Shown here: one piece after another, positions 41,813 through 53,997 of the stretch
How positions within the stretch are numbered: position 1 is the first letter of the stretch
How the letters are laid out: the number at the start of each line of letters is the position of its first letter
From: an uncultured Phycisphaerales bacterium
GTDB taxonomy: Bacteria; Planctomycetota; Phycisphaerae; Tepidisphaerales; Tepidisphaeraceae
DNA length: 64,000 nucleotides
Reading direction: 5' to 3'
Assembly: GCA_963758525.1 (NCBI GenBank)
Contig: CAVWVQ010000004.1
Span: 1 to 64,000 of the forward strand
Program-made: the position numbers and the translations under genes
Notes under the pieces: model-generated
Database searches by the model: none
What the model was told of the DNA's origin: nothing
Seen by the model: the letters and a program-made list of their open reading frames with translations, nothing else

Positions 41813-44077
41813 ATGCGCCGCGCGAATGCGATTCTGCATATTTTGCGGTGCAGGTTTCTAGGCTGCCTTGGAACAGCAGCTTGGAACCCCGCACCACGAT
41901 CTCTGGCAACGATCGCAATCGTTGGCGCTCTCGCGGTTGCCCTCTGCACGGTCGCATCGTTTTTCCGACCGGTGACTGCACGCGCAGTTGAACCGCCGGC
42001 CGCGAATGCAGCGGCGCAAACGGCAGCGCCTGGCGTGGTTGTCACGTTTGTCAGCTTGCGCAGATGCGCAGAAGCCGTCATTCACGGATTCGCGCGTTGC
42101 GCGACTCATCGCGCTGTACGTCCCTCATGGCATGGCGCCGAGCCCGTTCACACTGCCCGGGCGGTTCCGGGCCACGTTTGAGGGAGACATCAATCTCCGC
42201 CTCCGCGCGTTCCTCATTTTCTCCGCGGAAGGGAAGGGGAAGCTGACCGTCACCGTCGGCGGCAAGCCCGCACTGCACCTGGAGGGCGATCTTGCGAGCA
42301 AGGCCGGAGAGCGAATCCGCCTGGGCAAGGGGAAGAATCATGTCGTTGCGATCTACGAGGCCCCCGCGGATGGTGACGCATCTTTGCGTCTCTTCTGGTC
42401 GTCAAACACATTTCCCGCCGAAACCGTGCCGCCGATGGTGCTGACGCATGATCCTGACGTTGCGGGCCTTGCTGAATCAATGCGCGTGCGGGACGGACGG
42501 CTGCTGCTGGCGAACTTTCGTTGCACGAAATGCCACGCTCCGCCCAGCGCCGACGCTGCCACGGCCGGCATGACCGCCATGCCCGAACTGGCGATGGATG
42601 CGCCGTCGTTCGACGACATCGGCAAGCGACTCTCGCCACGATGGATGGCGGCCTGGATCAGCAATCCACGCGCTCTGCGTCCGGGCGCTCACATGCCCCG
42701 GCTGTTTGCAACAGCGTCGGGCGTCGCAGTCGATCCGCGCCAAGCGACGCCGCTGCATTTCTCGCATCCCTGGGAGCTTCGGAAAATTCTGCGAAAGCGA
42801 CCGATCCGTCCGCGGCAAAATTGGGCGGCCAACTGTACGCGCATCTGAACTGCGTGGCATGCCACACGTTGCCCGATGCGCCGCCGGCGGGCGATGCTTC
42901 CGCTGATCAACGCGTTTCGTTGCAGCATGTCAGGGCGAAGTTTGCACCCGGCGCGTTGCGTGAGTATCTGCTCAATCCACAGGCGAATTACGCCTGGAAT
43001 CCGATGCCGAACTTCCGGCTCTCCGATACCGAGGCATCGGCAATTGCGGCGTTTCTCGAATCGTTCGACGCGGCCAGCGCCCGCCCGAAGCTTCCGGAAT
43101 CGGTTGCAGGCGACAAGATGCGCGGACGGGAAGTGGTGCGGTCAGCAGGGTGTCTTGCGTGCCATCGTCTCGAGGGGGAGAAGTCCGCGGTGCCGCCTGC
43201 GGTTGCGCTGTCAGCGATCAAAGAAGACGGCTGGTCGCGCGGATGCCTGGCAAGCGATGATGCGGCACGCGGATCGGCCCCGGATTTCGCGCTTGCCGAC
43301 CAGCAGCGCGGCGACCTCGCGGCGGCGGGTGCGTGCAAAGCCGGATCGCTCAATCAGGACGCGCCAGCCGAGTTTGCCGAACGACAGATCCAGTCGATGC
43401 GCTGCACGGCCTGCCACGCCCGCGATGGGGAGCCGTCCCTGCTCGCGTCCAGCCTGGAGGGCGAGTTGGATGCGCTGAACAGCAAGTATCCGGCCGACGC
43501 GGGCACCGGTGAATCGTTGTCCCCCGACCAGCGCGCCCCGATGCTGACCTGGGCTGGAGAGAAGTTGAGGCCGCAGTGGATGGCTGAGTTCATCGCCGGC
43601 AAAGTTGCGTATAAACCGCGCCCGTATTTGCGGGCGCGCATGCCGTCGTTCACGTCCCGCGCCCAATTGCTCGCGGTGGGTGTGGCATCGGAGCATGGTT
43701 GCGCGCCGGAGCTTGCAGCCGAGCCGCAGCCCGATCTCGCGCTGGCCGCGATCGGTCAGAAACTCACCGGCAAGACTCCCAATCAAAGCCTCGGCTGCGT
43801 TCAGTGCCACGCCGCGGGTTCGCAACCGCCCCTCGCGCCGTTCGAGGCGCCGGCACCGAATTTCAATCACGTGACCGCACGGCTGCGGAAGGATTATTAT
43901 GTCCGCTGGGTGAGGAACCCCATCCGCATCGATCCGGAAACCAAGATGCCGCGCTTCGAGGACGACGACGGCAAAACCGGCATCACCGATATCTTCGGTG
44001 GCGACGCCCGCAAGCAGTTTGAAGCCATCTGGCAATACTTCCTGGAAGGCGACGCACTGCAGCCGCCGGCGCAATAG
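41813..44077 (+). CDS. Secreted multiheme cytochrome c (5 CxxCH) with PA14-like N-terminus; two frameshifts (about 42059 and 42740)
   Basis: CTKCH, CVACH, CLACH, CTACH, CVQCH, each followed by an MP motif except the third; stitched from ORFs 41696, 41988 and 42521; start uncertain. Confidence 0.8.
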
Positions 44078-44119
44078 AGCTTCCGCGGGGAATTTCTTAC
44101 CCAGTGCAGCCGTCGCTAC

Positions 44120-45673
44120 CTACGGCGCGACATACGCAGCATCTCCCCCAAGAACCAAAAACTTACGCAGCAGCACGATATGCGTCACCGCGCCGATCAC
44201 GGCCAGGATGCTGCCGAGCAGGAATACGTAACTGTAGTCGTGTCCCCGCCATTGAACGAAACCCCCCAACGCTGGCGGCACAATCATCAGAGCAACGGCG
44301 CTGCAGACACCCGCGGCGGAAAAAAGCTCCGCGAAACGCAGAGGCGGCAGGAGGCGCTGCGCCAGCGAAGCCGTCCCGGTGATGTAGGATCCGGAGATCA
44401 CGGTATGGGCGGCCAGCGCGATGAAAAAAGTCGGAACGGTCGCGCCGAAGAAGAAAGCGAATGCTGCGACGCCGGCGTACAAAACGCTGAACAGCACCCC
44501 AAGCCGCAACGGATGAAAGCGGTCGGCGAGAATCCCCAGGGGATATGAGAGCACCAGCGAACAGACGTACCCCAGCGCCAGGCACTTTCCAAACAGCCCG
44601 TCGCTCATCCCGACGCTGCGGGCATGCAGAACCATGAAGCTGTTGACCGGCACGAACATCACCAGCCCGAACGTGATCGTGGCGAAGAACCAGAGGTAGT
44701 ACGGTTTGCTGAAGCAATCCTTGAAGTACATCAGCAGCCATGCCAGCAGTCCCCGGGCATCGTCAGCGGAGGGCGTGGGGGGCGGCGGCGGATACTGGCC
44801 CTCCTTCACGCCCAGGCACATCAGCGTGATGCCCCCGCCGTAGAGCAATCCCAGGCCGGCAAAGAACAGTGAAGCATGGCTGTCGGCTTTGCCCATCAGC
44901 CAATAGTTGAAGATGATCGCGACGGCCAGGCCGACCAGTCGGAACAGTCCGAAAAATCGCCCGACGACTTCCGCGGGGACCACATCGTTGATCAAGCCGC
45001 CGAACAGGGCGTTGGTGATAATGGTCGCGATTTCCAGGATGGTCCAGAAAAACGAAAAAATGGCGATTCGGCAGGTCGCTTCGGTGGGAGCATTTGATCC
45101 CAGTTGCACATGCGCCCAGTGGCCCAGATTCGGGGTGGCCGCAAGTCCCAGCATCGCCAGCACGATGAATGGCGTCGGAACGAGGATAAACGGAATGCGC
45201 CGTCCCCAGGGGCCGCGATGCCGGTCGGACTTGACGCCGATGCCGGGCCCGAGCAGGAGGCCGATCGCCGCGGGGATCGATCCGACGAGAAGCCCCACCA
45301 GCCAGTCCGGCGCGGCAAACCGCCGCAGCGTGATCTGAGCAAGCGGGAAGATCGTCCGCTCCTTGACGTTCCACGCGAAGTCGCCGCCCAGCAGCCAGCA
45401 GAACAAGACCGCCAGGCCCGCGGCGCTGTACGTCAGGGTGCCGACGGACCAGCGCTTGCCGAACCGCGCATACGGGATCGTCGGCGACGCGTCGATCAGA
45501 TCATCAGGAGCGATCGCACTGTCAGTTGGCACACCGCCCAACGATGCGTTTGCCGGCGAGGCTTCAGGCTCGTCGGGGTCTGAGATGGGGGTCAGTTGTG
45601 GCAAGGTTTCGCCTGAAAAACTGCTCGACCGCCGATATCCCTGGCCTTTGATGAACCCAAGGCGCTGACTCAA
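44120..45673 (-). CDS. MFS transporter
   Basis: About 12 TM segments; SDRHRGPWGRRIPF, GILADRFHP. Confidence 0.9.
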   Translation of the reverse strand: MSQRLGFIKGQGYRRSSSFSGETLPQLTPISDPDEPEASPANASLGGVPTDSAIAPDDLIDASPTIPYARFGKRWSVGTLTYSAAGLAVLFCWLLGGDFAWNVKERTIFPLAQITLRRFAAPDWLVGLLVGSIPAAIGLLLGPGIGVKSDRHRGPWGRRIPFILVPTPFIVLAMLGLAATPNLGHWAHVQLGSNAPTEATCRIAIFSFFWTILEIATIITNALFGGLINDVVPAEVVGRFFGLFRLVGLAVAIIFNYWLMGKADSHASLFFAGLGLLYGGGITLMCLGVKEGQYPPPPPTPSADDARGLLAWLLMYFKDCFSKPYYLWFFATITFGLVMFVPVNSFMVLHARSVGMSDGLFGKCLALGYVCSLVLSYPLGILADRFHPLRLGVLFSVLYAGVAAFAFFFGATVPTFFIALAAHTVISGSYITGTASLAQRLLPPLRFAELFSAAGVCSAVALMIVPPALGGFVQWRGHDYSYVFLLGSILAVIGAVTHIVLLRKFLVLGGDAAYVAP

Positions 45674-45728
45674 AGCTCCGCGCGGGCCGGGATTGCGTCT
45701 CGCGGCGCCGGCCGCGCGGGCAAGTCTA

Positions 45729-46997
45729 TCAGACAGAGCCTACAGCAGCGATTGGGCTGGAGCCCGCCACGCCGCGCGCGGGCATCGTGAAATGCCGATA
45801 GCCGCGCACCGACCGCGATTGTGCCGGCACCGACCACGGCACAAGGCCTGACTCGTGAATCATCCTGCCATCGGCGCCGCATCGCTGGAAGATCGAGGCG
45901 ATATCCGCAATCGTGTTCAGCGAATCGCCGCGCCTCGGATCATCGTCGAGTCGAACCTGCGGCGTGATATCCCGCGGGACAGCGGCTTCGGCAACACAGT
46001 TGACCACCACGATCGGCGCCCGGGCAATTTCCAGCGTCGCCAGCACGCAGTCGAGCGGCCGACCGCGGATCAACCGGCAGAACCCTTCCAAAAGCCGGTC
46101 GCGCGGATTAGCGCTCAGCGGAATCGTTTCATTTCCGACTTGACTGCGCCAGTCGATTCGCTGCTCCGGATAAATGCTCGCGCTCCCTTTGGTGCCGACA
46201 ATTTCAATGGTTGGATTGACCACCTCGGAACTGGCGTGCGTCAGCAGCAGCAGCAGATCCGTTCCCTGCTCAGTGCGAATGCGAACGCTGCAGGTATCGA
46301 AATTTTCGATGGGATTGGCGCGATACAGCTCGGCTTGGATGTCGGCGGCCTGGGCGGTGCTGCATTCCTCGGGCCCCAGCAGGAACATCGCCAGTTGCAG
46401 GTAATGCGACATGGCATTGGACAACGGGCTGTCGAGCACCCAGCGCTGATCGACGCCCAATCGGCCGGCCCACCCATTTCGCGAATAGTACGACCGCGGG
46501 CGCGGCCAGCATCCCACGACCCGCGCCCACTGAATCTTCCCGAGCTGGCCGTCGAGCAGCCGACGCTTCACCGTCAGGATCGCGGGATCGGCCAGGTGCT
46601 GGTAGCCAATGATCACCGGCAAGCCCGTCGCGTCCCGCGCGGCGATCATCGCGTCGACTTCCTGCGTGGTCGCCGCCGCCGGTTTTTCACAGAGCACCGC
46701 TTTGCCCGCCTCCAGCGCCTGGGCCACGAAGCGGCTGTGCAGATCGATCGGGAGCGGCAGCCAGACCGCTTCAATTTGCTCGCGCAACACGTCATCGAAG
46801 CGTTCATGCGCGGACACATTCCACTGCCCAAGCGTCTCGGCGCACTCAGCGCGGCGGCCGGCGTCGGGGTCGCAGACGGACACCAGCCTCGCCAGGTCTG
46901 GTCTCTCGGCAATGGTCTGCGCGACCACCCAGGCGTATCCGCCCAAGCCGGTGGTTCCGAAAGCAACTGGAAGATCTTCGATAGTGCGATGCATCAT
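45729..46997 (-). CDS. Gfo/Idh/MocA oxidoreductase
   Basis: GLGGYA, PIDLH, VLCEKP, IGYQ. Confidence 0.9.
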   Translation of the reverse strand: MMHRTIEDLPVAFGTTGLGGYAWVVAQTIAERPDLARLVSVCDPDAGRRAECAETLGQWNVSAHERFDDVLREQIEAVWLPLPIDLHSRFVAQALEAGKAVLCEKPAAATTQEVDAMIAARDATGLPVIIGYQHLADPAILTVKRRLLDGQLGKIQWARVVGCWPRPRSYYSRNGWAGRLGVDQRWVLDSPLSNAMSHYLQLAMFLLGPEECSTAQAADIQAELYRANPIENFDTCSVRIRTEQGTDLLLLLTHASSEVVNPTIEIVGTKGSASIYPEQRIDWRSQVGNETIPLSANPRDRLLEGFCRLIRGRPLDCVLATLEIARAPIVVVNCVAEAAVPRDITPQVRLDDDPRRGDSLNTIADIASIFQRCGADGRMIHESGLVPWSVPAQSRSVRGYRHFTMPARGVAGSSPIAAVGSV

Positions 46998-47002
46998 ACA
47001 CA

Positions 47003-49719
47003 CTACTTCGGGACCGTCACAGGTAATTGATCGGGAATGAGGCCCAGGCAATCAATCGCGGATAACCCGAATCCTGCCGCGGCGTTGGTCGATACCTCAA
47101 ATTCGTCGACCGGATTCAGCACGGTGTCGCCAGTCAGATGGCGCACTGCCAACGGGGGCTCCAGAACCTTGATCCCTCCGCCACCGCCGGAAAAAAACTC
47201 GCTCCACGCCCGCTTTGCCAGCGCCGCATCCTTCAACTTCCAGGCGGCATACGCCGTCAGACGAGCATGAGCCTGCGTAAGGTAGGGTGAGCCAAAATCC
47301 CTTCCGAACGCCTTCTGCTGCTCTTGAGGCGAAGCATTGTAATACTGACAGTACTCGATCCAGGTCTTTTCGTATTCGGGTACGTCCAGCAGTTGAAGCA
47401 GTTCGGCATTGACCTCGAACGCTCCGAATGAAGTGCATAAAGGGGAGATGTAAAAATGGTCATCCCGTTTGAAGAATCGGCCCGTGGCGAGGTCGTACCC
47501 TCCCCCGCCGGACAACCATCCGTGCGGCAGGGCCGCAATGGTCCTCATTCCAGTCAGCAGCTTGTCGCGGCATGCGATGTCGCCGGTCCGCTCCCATTCG
47601 GTCAGCCAGGCGGACGCGATCGACGTCCATTCGATGCCGATCATAAAGTTCATCGGATAAGGCTTCCCAGTGGTGTCGGCCAGCTCCTTTGATTCCTTCC
47701 TCTCCACCGGAACCTGCCCGGCCGTCTTGTCCGCCCCAAGCTCGTCGCGCATGAGATCTCCGGTGCGCTCATCGGCTGTCAGGTAGTAGAAGAATCGCCT
47801 ATTTTCCGCGGTGCTCACCCGCAACTGCTTGGAGCTGTCGCCCCAGGGCACCACGTTGTGCCGCGAACCCAGCCCCGCAAAACGACCCAGGTGATAGACA
47901 TCCACTTCGCCCGTGTGGCGGCACATCGCTTCGGCAAAGCGAAACAGATCCGCCCGGCCCGTGCGTAGAAAACTGTACCAAAGCCAGATATCCGTCGATT
48001 GTTCGGAGTTGTCCCAGGCATATCCGCCAACATCATAGCGCCAGCCGTGCCGATCAAAGTCGTACCGGTGCATGACATTGCCGAAGTACCAAAAGCCGTA
48101 CCAGTGACGCTGGTCGACCTGTTTCTCGTAGTAATCCAACAAAAAATTTTGTTGGTCTTCAATCCGCGCCGCGACCGGATTCCCACGATCGGGCAAGTTC
48201 CAAATCGCCCCGCCAAACACAGCGGCATCCTTAAAATCCTGCGGGCGGCACATCAGTTGAGGCGGGGTGCACAGTCTCCGCGACAGGCTCGCGACCCCGG
48301 CATTCGACGGAGTCGCCGGCAACGCCCAGAGCATCAGCTCACTGGTGCGCGCAATACCCGTGGCGGTGGCAAAACCTGGCTCGTAATCCTCGTAGGTCAG
48401 CTGGGCTCCTTCGAGTTGCTTGGCGAAGGTGTCCATCCCCATGTCATCATGCCAGCCGCGCAGATCCATCGGGCGCGCGTCGGGCGCCCAGAGCCACGCC
48501 GTCACTTCCGCGCTGTCGCTTGCCGCGCCGCGGATATTTAGTTGGCTCGGATAACTCTGCCAGAAGTTGCGGATGCCAAAAGCCATGCCGCCGCTCGGTC
48601 CACCCACATAACCCAGACCCGAAGCACGACGTCCGGTGGCGCTATTGATCCAGGCAAAGCCTGCTTTGGTGCGCTTGCGAATCTCAAACGAATCGGAGGA
48701 AAGCTGCGACAGCGCGAAATCGCCAAATGCCGGAACGTAGTCCAGGTCCTTGACGACCGCGGGATTCCATGTTTCCAATGGCGGAGTCTTTAGGCCCGCA
48801 ATTTGCCGCTTGCGCACTTCCGATCCCGGATCGCGCTGCAAGCCGGTCAATCCCCTCACCGCTTCGGCCCAGACGCCGTCGCCCTCCCCGCCGAACCGCA
48901 CATGCCGGTCGTAAAGCGGGTCTTTGAGGGGGACCGAGAAGCGAATGCCAAGGCCGCTGATGAAATCGTGTGACGCATCGCCGTCGAAGATGATCGTGTG
49001 AAGGATCCGCACCGAATCTGCGCCGGCATAAAAATAGAATCGCACCACAAATGGAAGCCACGTCCTGCCGCTCGAATCGGCGTGCTTCCCCTGCACCTTG
49101 ATCACCGCGCGAACCGGGCCCTCTTGCTCGATCGTGGCGGTCGATATCTCTCCGCGAAAGGACTGTTGTTGGATCGTGCCGTCGCTGTCAGGATCGGGCG
49201 AATTGCGGAGCAGGCAAACCAGTTGGCCATCGGTTGCCAATGTCTTGCCATCGCGAGAGATCGAGTCGAGCAGAATGTTGCCGCTCCTGCGAATTCGGCA
49301 CTGCATGACGCCGGTATTCACGGTGATGACATCCGCGTCCTCGCTGACCGACAGCGGCGCTGCGGGCGAGGGCGAGTCGCCCGGCTCGAGCCAAAACGGC
49401 CCGGCCAGGCCGGCGGTCGCGACGATTGCGTGGGCCGTCCATTTCAACGATCCATCCGGCCAAAAGGCGGTAGGCCAACTCTGCATCGGCACCGCCTTCC
49501 CATCCGCACTCCGCAAGGAAAACGACGTGCCTCGCGACACCGCCCCGCGCGGCCAGGCGCTCCCCACGTGCTTCCGACAAGCGAAGGGGATTCGCTGTTC
49601 GCGTCCAGCCAGTTCACTTGGCGCGGCGGAGCTTCCGCCCGAGCGCGGGCGGCCAGACCGAGCGCAAGGAACAGCGCCATGCGGAGAAGGGAAGAAGAGG
49701 TGTCGGAGCTTCGAGGCAT
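47003..49719 (-). CDS. Exo-rhamnogalacturonan lyase (PL26/YetA-like); frameshift near 49557
   Basis: WPDGSLKW, WYGFWYFGNVMH, WRYDVGGYAWDNSE, RHTGEVD, GSRHNVVPWG; signal peptide lies in the upstream frame. Confidence 0.8.
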
Positions 49720-49755
49720 TGGCGTGTTCTGCCGGAGCGGCTTTGCCGCAGGAAT

Positions 49756-50846
49756 CTAATCCGGAAAATCCACATCCAGGCCCACGCCGGTTAATCCACC
49801 TCCAGAACTGGTTCCCCCAGTAATGGCGTTGCTGGAATAGGTGCTCCAGGGGGTTGCAACGGTGCCGCCCGAATAGCCACTGGGCCGCTCGGTGTTCGAA
49901 TTCTGGAAATACATTGAACCGGCAGTCGCGTCTACGAGCGGGTAGTTGGATGCACCGCTCGCAAGAATCTGCTCAGTATCAACGTGCCCGTCCACATACA
50001 GAATGTTCATTCGCCCCTTGTGACGTATGTCATCGAACACCTCTTGCTGGGCGGCGCCAAGGTTGAAGAAATCGGCGAGGCTCGCGGGCGCTTTCGATAC
50101 CGCAACGGCATACCCATTGGATTTGTGCAGAAATGCCTCGTAGCAGAAGCTGCCGTCACACATCAGCATCGTACTGCTCGGGTGGGGAACCGCCGAAAAG
50201 AGGCCGCGAAGCCGGGTATGCGGAGGCGATCCAATGTGATTTTGGAATCCAAGGACTTCTTCGTTGTAAACATAGCTTGAGTAACCGGTAAGCCAGTAGC
50301 TTGTCTCGGCAAACCACCGAGGCGCATTTCCAAGGTTGACATTATTTGTCGCGGCGTTGTCAGCCGCCGCTTGTGCGGTTGCAACGTCCGACGGGCACAG
50401 AAAGAGGTCTAGTATAGGGGGCACTGCCATCGCATTCTCGACGCCGGTGTAGGTAGTGTCCTGTAACGGCCGCACCCCCAAATACGGCGACAACGCATGA
50501 GGAAGCGCGGTTGTCTGCAGTCCGGCGCCGTTATTAATGTAATATGTGTAGCGCTGCCTGGTGGCATCTCCAACTGCGGACGGTGTTGTCGAGACCAGAT
50601 TACAGCCCTGCAGCTGACAATACCCACGGTGCTCATTGGCGAAAAGATACATCGCCTGTCCAAGCGAGCGCAACTGACTTGCGCATTTGAGCTGCTGCGC
50701 TGAACGCCGCGCGCCGCCAGCGCCGGCAGCAAGATCGCGATCAGAACGGCGATGATACCGATGACAACAAGGAGTTCGACAAGCGTAAACCCTCTGCGCC
50801 GGCCCTTACGGCATCGACTAGGCGTGGGGAAAGAACGATGTGACAT
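49756..50846 (-). CDS. Prepilin-type / DUF1559-like protein (no. 3); frameshift near 50712
   Basis: [25 protein letters not shown] in one frame; RHKGRMNILYVDGHV (exact H-X9-DG) in the other. Confidence 0.9.
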
Positions 50847-50949
50847 GTTTACAACCCTATCTGGTCACGGCCAGGAGCTGGATCGCCAGCGCGAAGGATT
50901 TGAAACCGGCAATGGTCCCGTTCACGCGCTGCGGCACGCGCAACAACCA

Positions 50950-51013
50950 ATTATACCATCGGCCGGATCGACCACAACGAAACTTTTGTCACCACTTCAT
51001 GCACCTTTGTCAC
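50950..51013 (-). promoter_or_regulatory. Promoter with 21-bp-period direct-repeat operator
   Basis: GTGACAAA-N13-GTGACAAA-N7-TTGTGG-N16-TATAAT on the minus strand. Confidence 0.7.
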
Positions 51014-51137
51014 ATCCGCGCTGTTATCGGGCGAAGGTAGCTCAGCTGTTTCCGTCGCTAATCCCCAGCACGGCCGGGATCGGTTTGGAACGGATCTGCG
51101 GTCGCTCCTTCAGAAGCTTAAAGATCAGTTCGCCATA

Positions 51138-51167
51138 AAAATTGGTTTAGCGACGCGAACCAATTTT
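51138..51167. other. AT-rich inverted repeat (terminator or operator)
   Basis: AAAATTGGTT-N10-AACCAATTTT downstream of the GH38 gene. Confidence 0.45.
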
Positions 51168-51270
51168 CTGCTGAATTTGCTGGCATCGCTTTTCTGAAAG
51201 GACTCGTGCATGAAGCCGGTGCCGGCCGACGAGCGAGTGAGCGTCGCCAGGCTTACGCATCACCCCTCCA

Positions 51271-53976
51271 TCAATGCGGCAAGCTCGAGCAGTTCACGAA
51301 CCGGAGCGTCTGCACCTTCATTTTTGGAAGCGCAAGCGTTGCAATGAGCTGCCCCCCCTGCTCATGCGTTGGCACTTCGCCAATCTTGTCGCCATTCAAC
51401 TCGACAGCCTCCACACTGTCGGCGCGGCCGTCGAGCACAATCTGATGCGGCATCGAGCCGCCTGCGGCATTGAATATCCTGACCAGCAAATCGTTTCCGT
51501 CCCGCATCATCGCACAGATCTCGTAGCCACCGCCCACCACGCTTATCAGCGATTTTCGCCCGTGACTCAGAAGAGAATTCGCCGCACCGATGGTTGTCGA
51601 CAAAGGCTCGTTCCAGCAGTCGCTCCTGGTCCAGATCCCGGCCTGGTCCCACGTTCCGGCGTGCGGCACCACCGCGTAATGAACGTCGGCTGGGCCCGTG
51701 ATGTCGTATTGTCTGCCCCATAAGCCGACGCCCGAATACTGCAATGTAAGCCCGAGCGGGTAGTCAGCGCCATGTTCATAGCTCGTGGTATGGTCTGTGA
51801 ACAGTGCCATGCCATTTGCGTGAACGCCGTCCGTTGCGTCCACCCAGTTGAGGATGATGTTATTTTTAATGCCGTCCCATCGGGTGAAAAAGGTATCGGT
51901 TAACTTGCTCTCGGTCACATCGAACGGCGCGTTCTTATAGATTTTCTGCGCCTCAAGCTTCAGGGGGAACAATACCTGAAGCTTGCCGCGATCGTCATAG
52001 AAGGCTTTTTGGTTATCCTCCTTTTTCCAGGCAACGGTTTGAGCATAATCAGCGCCGATGCCGGGGCTGCCCTGCCAATCGATGCGCAAATGGAAATCTA
52101 TTTTGGAATCTCCCTGCGCAACGGTGATCACCTGCGTGAACGGATGAATGCCAATAAAGCCCTGCGTCTGCACTCGCGCCTCCACCGGGCCGTTCTCCAG
52201 GATGGTGAGCTTCGCCGGGTGATCGGCACTGGAAAGATATTTTTGCTGCTCAAAAAAGTAGCCCCTGATTTCCCCGAAACGCCGTGCGTTGGCGCCGTCT
52301 ACAAACTCCTTGTTGTACAGCCCCTTGGCCCTGAGGCTTCGAATTGCTCCACCCTGCAATGGATCAAGCTCGAGCGTATACAGATCGGTTTCGATCTTGT
52401 ATGTCCCGTCCGCCTCGATGGAGACCGACGCCCCACTGGAAGGCGATGCGCGCGTTTTGTCCAGATAATAAGTGCCATAGCCCATCGACGGCACGTCCGC
52501 GGCGAAGACGACATCGGCGCCACCAGCGTCAGCTCGGGCGACAACCTGCGAGGGCACCTCCCTGTCATTGTCATCTAAAACGCGAACCTGCTGCGGTGTC
52601 CATCCATCCGGCAGCGCGGCGATTGCCGGCTCCTTCCGTTCGACTCCAACGGTGTTGAACACGCGAACGCTCGTGCGGCCAGATCCCGCGCCGGATGGAG
52701 CGCCCCCAGAGAGCGCCGCCATCGATTGTTTCGCGACGGCGTCGCTGACCTGTCTCGTGTTCTCCGTCCAGCGGGCGATTTTTTCGGCCCAACTGGTTCC
52801 CCCCTTGTTTCGCAACCCCAGTGCGGTGGGCGCGGCGCTGTCGCCGGCTCGGTTGACGTTGTAAGGAACGATCCAGCAGTCATGGTGTTCCGAGAGCAGT
52901 AAAGTTCTCCATGCCGCGTCGAATGACGATTTTGGCCACGCAGCGGCGGTGTAGTTCCCGGCCATCGCCGCCAGCTTTTCAGCCATGATGATCTTGTTTT
53001 CAGACGAACGCACCTCCTGCGCGATCCGCTGAAGCACCTGCGAACCCCAGACAAGACTGACTTGCACGTCTTCCTGGCTGAATTGCCAGTCCTGCGTCGG
53101 GTTCTGGATGGCTCGATTTTCAAAGTAGTCGCGCCATGTGACGTATTCCGTCGGCTGATAGGCGTCCTTGCCCAGGCGCGGACCATGCACCCACCCCGCA
53201 TCCTGCAGGCACATGCCAACAGGATGGGCGATGCCGGCATCGAACGCGGCCTTGATGTAATTGGGGGCATTGTCCGATGCGATGGTTTTCCATGTAGTCG
53301 TGGGGCTTAATTGCTCCGTCGCGTAGCGCGGAACCGCAGTGATCCTGGTTCCATCAGGGCCGACCCAGTTGACCAATTCCCCGCCAAATGCGCGCGTATA
53401 CCCGCCCCAGCAGGTGTTTGGATTTTTCAAGGCCGCATATTTGAAGCCGAACGATTTCAGAATCCCCGGCAGCGCGCTGGTGAAGCAGGGTTCTTCCGAG
53501 GAGTAGACCGAGAAATCGGCATTCGGAAAGTGCTGTCGTATTTTGCGCATACCATAATCGAACTGCCGCACGACGCTTTCGCCTGTCACATTCCACAGGT
53601 AGCTCTGCGCGAAGTCCGGATTGATGAACTCGACGCGCCCTGCGACGGATTGATCCGCCGCCAGCGCGACAAATGCCTTATAGGCGTCCGGCGTATTAGC
53701 CTCCACCCAATCCCATGTCTCCGGTTCGATCTCCAGGTTGATCTTCCACTGGGGATAACGTTTCATCTGATCGACGAGGAACTGCGTCACCCACGGCGGA
53801 TAGTGCCCCCACACCCCGCCGTGCCATCCATCCACAAAATAGGCCGTCGGGTCCGAGAGGGCTCGATTGACGCAAAAGATCAGAAGCGTCACGGCGAACA
53901 CCCCCGTCCTCAACGTCGTCCCGCGGCTGGACCCAATTCGTCTCATGCTGCCTCGTCGCCCCACGAAAATGGCCAC
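51271..53976 (-). CDS. GH38-like alpha-mannosidase
   Basis: DGWHGG, GESVVRQ, LLSEHHD, VFNT, ENGPV; signal peptide. Confidence 0.75.
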   Translation of the reverse strand: MAIFVGRRGSMRRIGSSRGTTLRTGVFAVTLLIFCVNRALSDPTAYFVDGWHGGVWGHYPPWVTQFLVDQMKRYPQWKINLEIEPETWDWVEANTPDAYKAFVALAADQSVAGRVEFINPDFAQSYLWNVTGESVVRQFDYGMRKIRQHFPNADFSVYSSEEPCFTSALPGILKSFGFKYAALKNPNTCWGGYTRAFGGELVNWVGPDGTRITAVPRYATEQLSPTTTWKTIASDNAPNYIKAAFDAGIAHPVGMCLQDAGWVHGPRLGKDAYQPTEYVTWRDYFENRAIQNPTQDWQFSQEDVQVSLVWGSQVLQRIAQEVRSSENKIIMAEKLAAMAGNYTAAAWPKSSFDAAWRTLLLSEHHDCWIVPYNVNRAGDSAAPTALGLRNKGGTSWAEKIARWTENTRQVSDAVAKQSMAALSGGAPSGAGSGRTSVRVFNTVGVERKEPAIAALPDGWTPQQVRVLDDNDREVPSQVVARADAGGADVVFAADVPSMGYGTYYLDKTRASPSSGASVSIEADGTYKIETDLYTLELDPLQGGAIRSLRAKGLYNKEFVDGANARRFGEIRGYFFEQQKYLSSADHPAKLTILENGPVEARVQTQGFIGIHPFTQVITVAQGDSKIDFHLRIDWQGSPGIGADYAQTVAWKKEDNQKAFYDDRGKLQVLFPLKLEAQKIYKNAPFDVTESKLTDTFFTRWDGIKNNIILNWVDATDGVHANGMALFTDHTTSYEHGADYPLGLTLQYSGVGLWGRQYDITGPADVHYAVVPHAGTWDQAGIWTRSDCWNEPLSTTIGAANSLLSHGRKSLISVVGGGYEICAMMRDGNDLLVRIFNAAGGSMPHQIVLDGRADSVEAVELNGDKIGEVPTHEQGGQLIATLALPKMKVQTLRFVNCSSLPH

Positions 53977-53997
53977 GTCCCTCAGTCGACACGGTCT

